DNA of 64,000 nt from positions 64,001 through 128,000 of the IMG/VR virus record IMGVR_UViG_2731957577_000001; one strand, 5' to 3'. Below are positions 19,724 to 28,578 of this stretch, piece by piece. This DNA comes from a virus. Its lineage: Duplodnaviria > Caudoviricetes. A program made the translations under genes and the position numbers. Positions within the stretch are counted from its first letter, which is position 1, and every line of letters begins with the position of its first letter. The notes below the pieces were generated by a model, which was given only the letters and a program-made list of their open reading frames with translations, had not been told where the DNA came from and did no database searches.

Positions 19724-20061
19724 GAACAACCATTGATAGCTGTCAGTTTTGGATCTCGGATCGAAGCTATGCGCCTTGGGAAATTAACTGTGAATACATT
19801 GAAATCAACTACCATCCCACAGACCCACTTGATTGTTCCGGTATCATCTGCATCCAAAAAGACGTAATGCAAGAAGTAGTTCAATACGCAGAGGGATGGC
19901 AGGTGAGGCCTTCTACATTGATCCTGTGTTATGAAAACGGGGATATGGTGCCCTATGAAGTCATGTCCCTCAACATTGAAGAGTACCAAGGCGACTCTGT
20001 CCAGTTCCGGTTCACGGCCAAACGAGGAGAGGACACATGGAACTTATCACAAGATATCTGA
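19699..20061 (+). CDS. Hypothetical protein, MEL[IL]xxY family
   Basis: Starts MELIEAYL; GGAG RBS. Confidence 0.7.
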   Translation: MELIEAYLRTTIDSCQFWISDRSYAPWEINCEYIEINYHPTDPLDCSGIICIQKDVMQEVVQYAEGWQVRPSTLILCYENGDMVPYEVMSLNIEEYQGDSVQFRFTAKRGEDTWNLSQDI

Positions 20062-20489
20062 GGGCCCGCCAACCTCATTATCAACCATTCCTTGCTGCGG
20101 GATACCAGCGATGTGTGGCGCGAAGAGGCGACCATGCGATCGACGTATTCATCAATCCAGCTTCTTTTTTAGCCACGTGTGAAGAGAGGAGGCTTATGTT
20201 CGATCGAGAGGGTTATCGCATCCATCCCGGAACCCTCCTGGGAGGCAGCGCCTCCTTCTCGATGGGCTTTGAATCGCGCGAGGATCTAGACTTGTGGTTT
20301 GGCCTTATAAATGGTCATACCTTTGATCTGGAACTCTGGCACGCGACATTGACGGGATGCTACGTCATCAGCTATTCCACGAGTCACGAAGTCATCCCTC
20401 AAAATCACACCGACAATCGCGTGATGGAGTACCAGGTTTGCGTATGTTTTCAGCATCTCGCTTTGAAACCAAACAAATTTGTGTCATAA
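20037..20489 (+). CDS. Hypothetical protein, MEL[IL]xxY family
   Basis: Starts MELITRYL; AGGAG RBS. Confidence 0.7.
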   Translation: MELITRYLRARQPHYQPFLAAGYQRCVARRGDHAIDVFINPASFLATCEERRLMFDREGYRIHPGTLLGGSASFSMGFESREDLDLWFGLINGHTFDLELWHATLTGCYVISYSTSHEVIPQNHTDNRVMEYQVCVCFQHLALKPNKFVS

Positions 20490-20507
20490 TGTATGCAATG
20501 TATTACA
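20463..20507 (+). promoter_or_regulatory. Promoter plus palindromic operator
   Basis: TTGAAA-16bp-CATAAT (with TG extension), then TGCAATGTATTACA (20494-20507). Confidence 0.6.
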
Positions 20508-20527
20508 TGAAAGGGAGGCGTCCTTTT

Positions 20528-20854
20528 TTGGAACTGAATGAGTATCAAGAGCTGGCATCACGAACCGCGAGGACGGACCGCCCCTTCTTACAGACGGTGG
20601 CCAACTTTGCACTCGGCGTAGCCGGTGAAGCAGGAGAAGTGGTCGATGAGGTCAAGAAGCTCATCTATCATGGCCATCCTCTGGATAAAGACAAGATGAA
20701 GAAGGAACTGGGCGATGTCCTATGGTACACATCCCAACTGGCCCGAGCCTTCGGGATTGAGTTGGATGACATCGCCATCACAAACCTTGAAAAACTGAAA
20801 GCCCGATATCCAGACGGGTTCTCAGAGGAAAGGAGCCTTCATCGAACTGTATGA
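20528..20854 (+). CDS. MazG-like NTP pyrophosphohydrolase
   Basis: 'NEYQ..A.RT', 'LG.AGEAGEV.D..KK', 'ELGDVLWY', 'N..KL..RYP.GF'. Confidence 0.88.
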   Translation: MELNEYQELASRTARTDRPFLQTVANFALGVAGEAGEVVDEVKKLIYHGHPLDKDKMKKELGDVLWYTSQLARAFGIELDDIAITNLEKLKARYPDGFSEERSLHRTV

Positions 20855-20927
20855 GCAAGCCAGGTTTTCGCTGTGGATAGAGCGAGGATGAAGATGGGAA
20901 GCGGGAGGACGACCAGGGATTTATGAG

Positions 20928-21248
20928 GTGAGACTCATGAATCCAAAGGAACTGATCTGGTATGACAAAGGGGACACCGTGATCGTCATCGATCCACTCT
21001 CTCCTTATGATGGATGGATCGGGACCATTGAAGTCGCCAATCCCAAGAAGATGCGATATCTGGTTGCCTTTGAACACAAGAGGGTCAAGGACACCTTCTG
21101 GTATAACCAGATCCGACCCTACCGCTCTAAGGAAGATTTATTGGCCATGATTGATCTGGCCCTGGCTTTAGGGCCGGCTGCAGAATGGATGTTCCATGAC
21201 TGGGTAATCGAGTTGCACACCCGATTTCCAGAAACCCGAGGGAACTAG
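20928..21248 (+). CDS. SH3/KOW-like plus IDEAL-like domain protein
   Basis: 'KGDTVIV....GWIGTI'; 'MIDLALALG...W.F'. Confidence 0.55.
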   Translation: MRLMNPKELIWYDKGDTVIVIDPLSPYDGWIGTIEVANPKKMRYLVAFEHKRVKDTFWYNQIRPYRSKEDLLAMIDLALALGPAAEWMFHDWVIELHTRFPETRGN

Positions 21249-21288
21249 CAAAGGGGATGCAGGGGTTGTGACTTCGGGAGGGTAATAG

Positions 21289-22548
21289 ATGAGCTGGACT
21301 TGGACATCAGAAGAAGGACGCAGGGCACTTCAAAAAGCCATTGAGCTACGCGAAGATGGACTTTCTTACAATCAGGTAGCCACCATCATCAACTCGAGTT
21401 TCGATGCTCGAGTCACAGGAGAAGCGGTACGGCGCGCACTTCACCGCCACGGACACTTGTTGGAGCCAAGCCTGAACCCAGAAGAAGATGACGAAGAAGC
21501 TATCCGACGCATGATTGAAGACGCCAAAGAAAAGGCACGGGAAGAGCGGGACAAGAAACTCGTCAGTCAGCTCTTGCGCGAAAGAGGACGAACCGAACTG
21601 ATTCTGGAGACGTTCCGAAACTGTATTGAAGCGTTCCCAAAGGTGAAACTTCAGCCGCCCAAACCTGTGGCGCTTCGCAAAGATCCGGAAGAAGCTCTGT
21701 TGCTATTCAGTGACGCGCAGATTGGCGAGAAGATCACCTTGGAAGAGACCAATGGTCTTGGCGCCTACAACATTGACATCTTCCAACACCGCATGCGTCA
21801 TCTCACAAATGAAGTCCGACGCATCGCCCGGGAACAGAGCCTGGCACACCCGATCCGGAAACTCAACATCGCGATGCTGGGCGATAACGTCGATGGAATC
21901 AACGTCTACCGCGGCCAGGTGCATCACCTCGATGTCATGATCGTCGACCAGTTCCTCATTGGAACCTGGGAAATCGCCAAGTCTTTGGTCGCCTTGCTCG
22001 ACACGTTTGACGAGATCGAGATCTGGGGCATCGTTGGGAATCACGGGCGCATCGGAAAGAAGGGTGAGAACCCGAGCCATATCAACTGGGACTACATCAT
22101 GTACAAGATTATGAAGAGGTTGCTCGATGAGAACTACGGAGACCGGATTAAGTGGAACATTCCCGTATCCAACTGGACCCTGGCCGAGATTAACGGGCAT
22201 AACTTCTTGTTCTTGCACGGCGATACGATCAAGGGATGGAATGGCCTTCCGTACTACGGCATCGACCGCGCAGACTCTCGGTTGACGAAGATGTTGGCGG
22301 CACATGGACGGTTCTTCCGGTACCTGTGCCTGGGCCATCACCATAACCCGGCGGAGATTGACAGCCCCGGCGGCGAGAAGATTCTCAATGGCACAATGGT
22401 CGGTGGCTCCGAGTTTTCCATCAACCAGCTTCATACCTCGAGTCTGCCGAGCCAGTGGTTCTTTGGCGTCAGCCAAGAGCAAGGCATTACGTGGCGCCAT
22501 AAGATTCTCCTGAATGTGTTTCCCGACGCCAGGGAGGAAAGTGCATGA
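21289..22548 (+). CDS. Calcineurin-like metallophosphoesterase with N-terminal HTH
   Basis: 'SDAQIG', 'LGDNVDG', 'GNHGR', 'HGD', 'GHHH'. Confidence 0.85.
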   Translation: MSWTWTSEEGRRALQKAIELREDGLSYNQVATIINSSFDARVTGEAVRRALHRHGHLLEPSLNPEEDDEEAIRRMIEDAKEKAREERDKKLVSQLLRERGRTELILETFRNCIEAFPKVKLQPPKPVALRKDPEEALLLFSDAQIGEKITLEETNGLGAYNIDIFQHRMRHLTNEVRRIAREQSLAHPIRKLNIAMLGDNVDGINVYRGQVHHLDVMIVDQFLIGTWEIAKSLVALLDTFDEIEIWGIVGNHGRIGKKGENPSHINWDYIMYKIMKRLLDENYGDRIKWNIPVSNWTLAEINGHNFLFLHGDTIKGWNGLPYYGIDRADSRLTKMLAAHGRFFRYLCLGHHHNPAEIDSPGGEKILNGTMVGGSEFSINQLHTSSLPSQWFFGVSQEQGITWRHKILLNVFPDAREESA

Positions 22549-22766
22549 AGCGATATTTACCGACGCTCATCCGCCAAGGACGGATTCTGATTCTACTGGC
22601 CATCGCGATTTTCATTGCAAAGATGTGGGGACAGACCTATGCATTTCTGTTCCTGGCCTACTGGATCCTGTGTGATCTCTCGGATATTGAGACCGAGCTC
22701 ATCGAACAAAAAGAAAGGCGTGAACAGTTGTGGAACAATATCTTTCCTACTCGAAAGCCTTTTTAG
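22545..22766 (+). CDS. Small membrane protein
   Basis: GGAGG RBS; hydrophobic segments. Confidence 0.5.
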   Translation: MKRYLPTLIRQGRILILLAIAIFIAKMWGQTYAFLFLAYWILCDLSDIETELIEQKERREQLWNNIFPTRKPF

Positions 22767-22966
22767 CCGCCTTGCAGTCCGCCATGACCAAAGAGGAACT
22801 CGACAACTGCATGGCCTGTGCAGAGGAGATTTATCAAGCGATAACGCCAATCATTGAGAAGCACAATCTCAATATCCGAGAGGCGCTGAACACCGTGGTG
22901 GCTGTCAACACAACCGTCGTGGAACTGGCAAAGGAACAGATGGAAGAACGGAGGAATGTCCAATGA
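22730..22966 (+). CDS. Hypothetical protein
   Basis: Operon-fitted ORF. Confidence 0.45.
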   Translation: MEQYLSYSKAFLAALQSAMTKEELDNCMACAEEIYQAITPIIEKHNLNIREALNTVVAVNTTVVELAKEQMEERRNVQ

Positions 22967-23259
22967 TGAAAGAACTGATTGTCGGAGAGATTCTCACGCA
23001 GTTGGCCGCGGCCAATGCTCAACTCACCGAGATCGCCAGGGCAATCGAACAAAACTGCGAGTCGATGCGGGATGTGATAGATGTCGTCTTGGCTGAAGAG
23101 GAAGACGAGGCTGACCTGTCTCCCGAAGACGAAGCTACAGAGAGTGTTCTCCATGAACTGTTTCAGTCCCTGCCTCCGGGAACTCAAGTGATCGCTGTCG
23201 ATCCAGATGACTTTCTGGATTTCATTCGGAAAAACAACTTCGACGTATCGGAGGATTGA
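22963..23259 (+). CDS. Acidic hypothetical protein
   Basis: GGAGG RBS; ATGA overlap. Confidence 0.55.
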   Translation: MMKELIVGEILTQLAAANAQLTEIARAIEQNCESMRDVIDVVLAEEEDEADLSPEDEATESVLHELFQSLPPGTQVIAVDPDDFLDFIRKNNFDVSED

Positions 23260-23864
23260 ATATGTACCTGATTGCCTTAGAGGGACTGGACAAAAGCGGG
23301 AAGGCCACACAGGTACAGCTGCTTCAGGATCGACTCGAGAAGGGCGGCAAGAAGGTCACCACGATGGACTTTCATCGCTACGATACGCCAACCGGACAAC
23401 TCATCATGAAATGGCTCAGAAGGGAATGGGAGGTCTCCCAGGAGACCATTGAGTTAATCATGACGGCCGATAAGCAGGCCCAACAGGAGAACTTCCAGCG
23501 ACTCGAACAAGAAGGATATGACTTTCTCGTCTTAGACCGGTATACCCTGAGTCAAATCGTTTACTCTCAAGCCGCAGGCATTGAATGGCTATGGACACTG
23601 GCATTGCAAAGCCACCTACGTCAACCGGATCTCGACATCTATATCGACATCACACCCGAAGAGTCCATGCGGCGCAAGGGCAAATGGGGCGAGAATGACC
23701 GTTACGAAAGCGACTTAGCCTTCCTGAAGAGAGTACGCGAGAATTACCTGAGTTACGTCGATAAAATTCACTCTACCAGTGTCGCCATTGTCGATGGGAT
23801 GGCCAGTATCAAACAGGTCCATGAAGCCATTTGGTCCTATGTATCCAACGAATTCCTTCATTAA
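23256..23864 (+). CDS. tmk: Thymidylate kinase
   Basis: P-loop 'EGLDKSGKAT', 'LDRY..S...Y', 'PDL.IY.D'. Confidence 0.9.
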   Translation: MNMYLIALEGLDKSGKATQVQLLQDRLEKGGKKVTTMDFHRYDTPTGQLIMKWLRREWEVSQETIELIMTADKQAQQENFQRLEQEGYDFLVLDRYTLSQIVYSQAAGIEWLWTLALQSHLRQPDLDIYIDITPEESMRRKGKWGENDRYESDLAFLKRVRENYLSYVDKIHSTSVAIVDGMASIKQVHEAIWSYVSNEFLH

Positions 23865-23877
23865 ATATCAAATATCG

Positions 23878-23900
23878 ACCCTCCTCGAGAGGGTTTTTTC
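23878..23900 (+). terminator. Rho-independent terminator
   Basis: ACCCTC-CTCGA-GAGGGT followed by T-tract. Confidence 0.7.
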
Positions 23901-23952
23901 TTGATTTTGTCGAAGAAGAAAAACATGGTGATCATTCCTCGGAGGTGCCAGT

Positions 23953-24708
23953 ATGAAGAAAGTTGTTGGGTATGGATTGGCCTTCATCCTTGGTCTCGTC
24001 ATGAGCGGTAGTACGGCTCTTGCCGCAACAAAGACGGCAAATGATACTTATCCTACAGTCGTCAAGTTGCCACCGAAGAACGTCAAATTCAACAAACCAC
24101 CCTATATAATTCCTTGGGGTCCCGACCATAACTCTAAGGGTGTCATCAACACGTTCTACTATAGGTCCTATTACGAAGTGATGGGGAATCCGACCTCAGC
24201 CATGATAAAGGCTGCTCAAACCGGCTTCACGTATGCTCGCACCCATGACAAGAGCCTCACGGTCGGAAAAGACACCATTAATTTTCACTGGGTGGGCGTC
24301 GGAGACTGGGACGGCTACCTTTGGGATGGTGATGGGTGGTGTACTTTCTATGTGAAGATCGACGACAATGACTGGGGACACTTAACCCATATGTTCAAGA
24401 CCTATAAGAAGAAACAGATCATTGCCGCATGGGACAAAATCTGTAAGGACGTGTACAACCATTCCGTGGCTATCAAGAACGGACTGGAGGGCGTCGGAGT
24501 CGAATTCGACTACAATGGCATCCTTCACTCCAACCCGACCCCGTACTTAAACCCAAATACCACGAGCGAGGGGAATCAGTATCACAAGTTCGCAAAAAAT
24601 AGCTGGCGCATGAACTTGAATGTGGTCAATTACATCGGAAGTCGGGATAGCAAACAATCCGAAGTGGCTCCTCCAGTCATTGTTGGGGACATCAGAAGTC
24701 ACAACTAA
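23953..24708 (+). CDS. Secreted hypothetical protein
   Basis: Sec signal peptide 'MKKVVGYGLAFILGLVMSGSTALA'. Confidence 0.7.
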   Translation: MKKVVGYGLAFILGLVMSGSTALAATKTANDTYPTVVKLPPKNVKFNKPPYIIPWGPDHNSKGVINTFYYRSYYEVMGNPTSAMIKAAQTGFTYARTHDKSLTVGKDTINFHWVGVGDWDGYLWDGDGWCTFYVKIDDNDWGHLTHMFKTYKKKQIIAAWDKICKDVYNHSVAIKNGLEGVGVEFDYNGILHSNPTPYLNPNTTSEGNQYHKFAKNSWRMNLNVVNYIGSRDSKQSEVAPPVIVGDIRSHN

Positions 24709-24844
24709 TCCGGCCAGGAAACATCCTCAGACGAAACCGAGGAGTAACCAAACCGGTTACGCGCTGATACTGTTGACCCGCTTCGGCGGGGTTTTCTTTT
24801 GTCGTAACGAAAAACCCGTCCATTAACGGTACTCGAACAAAATA

Positions 24845-24872
24845 AGTTTACATAAGCTTTCTTATCGGACGT
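24845..24872 (-). other. dif-like XerC/XerD (CodV/RipX) recombination site
   Basis: Minus strand ACGTCCGATAA-GAAAGC-TTATGTAAACT vs B. subtilis dif ACTTCCTAGAA-TATATA-TTATGTAAACT (recalled); 11-6-11 layout, right arm identical; intergenic between convergent genes. Confidence 0.75.
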
Positions 24873-24962
24873 TCAAAAAATGGAAAGGAGGAAGTGTTTC
24901 CACTCCCCATCGGATTGCAGTCCGAGCCCCAGACTCTCGGGGAACCGGATGCCGCATGATGA

Positions 24963-25829
24963 TTAGTACAGGTTGGTGCCACCCTCAACGGGCAACTCCT
25001 TTTTATCGCTGTCCTTCAAATTCTTCCACATGCCAGGATGGAAGTAGTAATAATCCGCGATCTGATACGCCTTCTTGAAGTCCATATCTACCATATCACG
25101 GAAATTATCCCAAGCGATCTTCTTGGCGGTCGCCCGGCTCCACTCAATCTTCACAGCCGGTTGCGTGGATTGTTTGCCATATTGATCCGTAAAGTCGGCC
25201 ATGCCCCACAAGCGGACCATGGTGACCTTCGGGTTCTCGAACAGCTTCTGCGACCACGCCGTCATGGTCTGAGCCAGGATCTGTGCATAGTCAGTCTCAT
25301 TCCAGACGGCATCTGGCTTCACTTTGACCCAGACAATCTTGTCGCCCTGGGTCTTTGTCCCGGCATTATCCAGCACCTGCACGCTGGTAATCTCCGAGGT
25401 AGATGCCGTTTTTGTCATCTTTTCTGCCTCACCGATGGCCAACTGCACGTTCTCCACCGATACTGTTTCGTTCTTCCATTCTGGTGCTGGTTTTGATGTG
25501 GCTGGCTTGGCTTCCGGCTTCTCGGTCTTGCTGTTCGTCGTTTTCGTGTTCGACGTATCTTTAGATGCGGTCTGTGTTTTCTTCCCGGCAGTCTGGGATG
25601 TTGCGCTGCCGTTGTCCCCGCTATTTCCGCCGAAATTGGTCGCCGGTCCGATTATGATCCAGGCAATCGCCCACGCCGTCACCAGCCAGCGGGCCGCTTT
25701 CGTGCCACGCTTTCCTGCCCACATCCAGATGGCGGCAATCGGTGGCACAAAGATCCCCAACACCCACAGATACCAACTCTTGCGCTTCTTCTCTTCGGTT
25801 TCCGACACGAGCGCTTCTCCCCCTTGCAA
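24963..25829 (-). CDS. Membrane-anchored extracellular protein
   Basis: Two N-terminal TM helices, S/T/K-rich linker, globular C-terminus. Confidence 0.7.
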   Translation of the reverse strand: MQGGEALVSETEEKKRKSWYLWVLGIFVPPIAAIWMWAGKRGTKAARWLVTAWAIAWIIIGPATNFGGNSGDNGSATSQTAGKKTQTASKDTSNTKTTNSKTEKPEAKPATSKPAPEWKNETVSVENVQLAIGEAEKMTKTASTSEITSVQVLDNAGTKTQGDKIVWVKVKPDAVWNETDYAQILAQTMTAWSQKLFENPKVTMVRLWGMADFTDQYGKQSTQPAVKIEWSRATAKKIAWDNFRDMVDMDFKKAYQIADYYYFHPGMWKNLKDSDKKELPVEGGTNLY

Positions 25830-25931
25830 GTGTTTATAAATCGATTATACCTGACGAATTTTGTTTAGTCAGAAGCCTCCTTCTAATTTGTCCTCGAATT
25901 GCCGATGGATCACCTCCTTATAAGGTTGGGA

Positions 25932-25986
25932 TTGTCGAACCCCCATGATCGACGTATAATCAGATCATCAATCGAACACATGTTCG
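25932..25986 (+). promoter_or_regulatory. SigA promoter with LexA/DinR (SOS) box
   Basis: TTGTCG-17bp-TATAAT (25932-25960); CGAACACATGTTCG (25973-25986) fits CGAAC-N4-GTTCG. Confidence 0.8.
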
Positions 25987-26003
25987 CATATGGGGGTAAG
26001 GAT

Positions 26004-26129
26004 ATGACACAGACAAAGACACCGATCGACGAGGCGATTCATCAGATTTGGCTTGAATTACGCAAGACACTCCAAGAGTTTGAGGAACTGTTGGAACAAG
26101 CAGAGGGTTCGTCGGATCAGCGTACATAA
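26004..26129 (+). CDS. Small SOS-regulated helical peptide (41 aa)
   Basis: GGGGG/AAGGA RBS directly after the SOS box. Confidence 0.5.
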   Translation: MTQTKTPIDEAIHQIWLELRKTLQEFEELLEQAEGSSDQRT

Positions 26130-26230
26130 ATCTCCTTGGTGGGATGTTATCATTTTCCACGGCCAAGGAAATGATTGTTCTTGTATCATATAGAGGATGC
26201 CGATCTTCGCTGGACTGAGGTGGCGGAGTA

Positions 26231-26893
26231 ATGTGCGGACGCTTCACTCAAGCCTTTGAGAACTGGGGAGACGTCTTGAGAACCTTCGGGGTGGTGGACG
26301 ATGGATTCCGCGTGCCGCCCAGATACAACATTGCTCCCTCTCAAGACGTTCCCATCATTATCTCGGATGGGCAAGCCAGACGTATTGGACAGGTCCAATG
26401 GGGGCTGATCCATCCATGGTCTCAGTCATCCAGAAGTCGCATCCGTCCGATCAACACTCGGGCGGAGACACTGTTGGCCAATCGGTGGTTTCGATCCTTG
26501 GTTCCCAAAAAGAGATGCATCGTACCCGTGGACTCTTTCTACGAGTGGCGCCGAAACACCAAACAGCCCTTGCGCATCCAGCTCGAGCGCCGGCCCGTAT
26601 TTGCGCTGGCAGGTATTTATGACGTTTGGCACAGCAAAGACGGCCAAAAGGTCAGTTCCTTTGCCATTGTGACCTGTTCCCCCAATGTTTTTATGCTCGG
26701 GATCCATGACCGCATGCCCGTGATCCTAGATGAAGATGGCGTCAACTTGTGGCTGGATCGTTCCGTGACCGACCCGGAAGTCGTAACCTCCGTCCTCACC
26801 CCCACCACGGAACCTATGAAGGCTTATCCGGTCCACCCGAAAGTCGGAAATGTACGAAATGACGATCCTTCGTGCATCGAACCGTATGAGTGA
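26231..26893 (+). CDS. SOS response-associated peptidase (SRAP/HMCES abasic-site protein)
   Basis: 'MCGRF', 'RYNIAPSQ', 'WGL', 'NTRAET', 'FYEW', 'IHDRMPVIL'. Confidence 0.92.
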   Translation: MCGRFTQAFENWGDVLRTFGVVDDGFRVPPRYNIAPSQDVPIIISDGQARRIGQVQWGLIHPWSQSSRSRIRPINTRAETLLANRWFRSLVPKKRCIVPVDSFYEWRRNTKQPLRIQLERRPVFALAGIYDVWHSKDGQKVSSFAIVTCSPNVFMLGIHDRMPVILDEDGVNLWLDRSVTDPEVVTSVLTPTTEPMKAYPVHPKVGNVRNDDPSCIEPYE

Positions 26894-26907
26894 TTTATGA
26901 TAGAATC

Positions 26908-27258
26908 CTACCGACCGAATGATTCACTTCCACCGTACTCTCCGATGGCACACAATGCCTCGGAGAGTCCTTTTTGTCTCGCCTGAACCCTGCGGATCAT
27001 AAAGACTAAATCTTCAATCACCTCTTGATACACTTGGGCTCGGATCGGATCTACATTTGGAAGACGTTCCGTGTAAGCATCAATGAGTTCTTGGAGATCG
27101 TTTTGCTCCTGAGTTGCAGCGTCGATCCACATTTGGACACGCTGACGATCCGCATGTCGTTGCCGTGCTTGTTCCGTCGTGACAACGATATGGCGGATTG
27201 TGTGTTCTTGTGGCAACGGAAATCCGGATGGAATCGAGGGAGAAATCAGAGCATCCAT
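26908..27258 (-). CDS. Hypothetical protein
   Basis: AAGGAGG RBS; helical. Confidence 0.55.
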   Translation of the reverse strand: MDALISPSIPSGFPLPQEHTIRHIVVTTEQARQRHADRQRVQMWIDAATQEQNDLQELIDAYTERLPNVDPIRAQVYQEVIEDLVFMIRRVQARQKGLSEALCAIGEYGGSESFGR

Positions 27259-27331
27259 CCTACATCTCCCCTCCTTGCATTGTTTTCGAGAAAGATAAAA
27301 AAGCCGCCCATACGAAGACGGCTATCGTTTA

Positions 27332-28219
27332 CTACTGCAGATTTTGAACCTCCTTACTTGCACGTTTGTAGAATTGAAGATATTGCCGTTCGTCCTCTTT
27401 CGTATTTTCACTGTTTCCTGTTCCGTCGATCCGTTCATTGTAATCTTGATAAAGCGAGGTCAAGAATACCCATGCTTGAGCAGTGTCGGAGCGTGCCTGA
27501 TAGACTTTAGGATCTTCTTCTGGTGAATATCGATACGAGATTTTGTGATAAACATTCCACCCTTCCCGATTGTGTTCTGAAACATAACTACTCCAATCAG
27601 TTGGATCGGGCACGCCTGCCATTTGTAGTTTCATCCACTGGTAATATTGATTCATGAAGGACAGATAACTTTTTAGATATGCTGCTGAAACACGGGACTT
27701 TATGGGATGAATGTTGAGTTTGAGATTGACCACCTTGCGAGCCTCTAGTTCTTTTTCTCCGTATTCTTTTTTCGCAAGTCGGCCTGTTAAACGCTCTCCA
27801 TTTTGTCCCACTAATTTTAGGATGCCTTTCGACTGGTTTTCGGAATTCGCAAAGAAATCTACGGTGATGACATAAGGCCCCTTCTGCAGTTCTTTCCAGT
27901 TATGCGGTGTGATGGATGCTTGATAATGTCCATTCTGTACCTGCACTGTCTGACTGCTACCGTAGTATTTTTGTGTATTGGCCAAATCAAAATCCACATC
28001 GACGTTTGCACCGTCCGGAAGGTCGGTACTGCCTCTCACGACAATATTACTGCCTTTCGTATAAACAGAATCGATGGTTAACATTGAATACGATTTGTGT
28101 GTAACGACAGTGTTTTTGTGTGTAACCACAGTGTTTTTGGTGGAACTCGATGGTTGGTTACACGCGGTAAGTAATAGCATCGGAATACAAGCCAGGACCC
28201 GATATGCGCGATGAGACAC
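27332..28219 (-). CDS. Lipoprotein (lower GC)
   Basis: Lipobox 'LLTAC'; tandem KNTVVTH repeat. Confidence 0.7.
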   Translation of the reverse strand: MSHRAYRVLACIPMLLLTACNQPSSSTKNTVVTHKNTVVTHKSYSMLTIDSVYTKGSNIVVRGSTDLPDGANVDVDFDLANTQKYYGSSQTVQVQNGHYQASITPHNWKELQKGPYVITVDFFANSENQSKGILKLVGQNGERLTGRLAKKEYGEKELEARKVVNLKLNIHPIKSRVSAAYLKSYLSFMNQYYQWMKLQMAGVPDPTDWSSYVSEHNREGWNVYHKISYRYSPEEDPKVYQARSDTAQAWVFLTSLYQDYNERIDGTGNSENTKEDERQYLQFYKRASKEVQNLQ

Positions 28220-28260
28220 TTTTAATCCTCCCAGACAAAAATTCCATATTTGATGATATC

Positions 28261-28560
28261 CTAACCGATATGCCTTTGGAATACATATTGGATCTGAATC
28301 CCAATGGACTTGATCCCCTGAATCAATATGGGATCATGGGATAGACAACTCGGAGACACACAAACAATCGTCGATACGGTTCCATCCTGAATATCATTCA
28401 AGAGAGCTTGGAATCCTGGACAATCTAGAGTATCACCAGAAGCCCCACAGTCGACGTACTCTTGATAAACAGCGCGTCCGACATGGTCCCGACACGCCTT
28501 CAGTTGGCGTTCGATCTCTGCCATATCCATGAGATCGGTCCGGGCATAGATACCAATCAA
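28261..28560 (-). CDS. Serine recombinase N-terminal domain only (degenerate)
   Basis: 'IYART', 'Q...C', 'Y.D.GASG....PGFQ.LL'; catalytic YxRxS is altered and there is no DNA-binding domain. Confidence 0.6.
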   Translation of the reverse strand: MIGIYARTDLMDMAEIERQLKACRDHVGRAVYQEYVDCGASGDTLDCPGFQALLNDIQDGTVSTIVCVSPSCLSHDPILIQGIKSIGIQIQYVFQRHIG

Positions 28561-28578
28561 GCATCGAACCTCCTATGT

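Noticed and set aside
2767-20854. MELLDTK (2767), MELNEYQ (20528) and antisense MELLHGL (5518) as MEL-tag members
   Set aside because: No Tyr at position 7; the MazG start is family-typical and the 5518 ORF is a shadow frame
24884-24960. tRNA-like structured sequence
   Set aside because: No cloverleaf or T-loop consensus; includes the terminator of the minus-strand gene
28094-28139. 21-bp tandem duplication
   Set aside because: Only two copies, encoding a KNTVVTH linker in a lipoprotein
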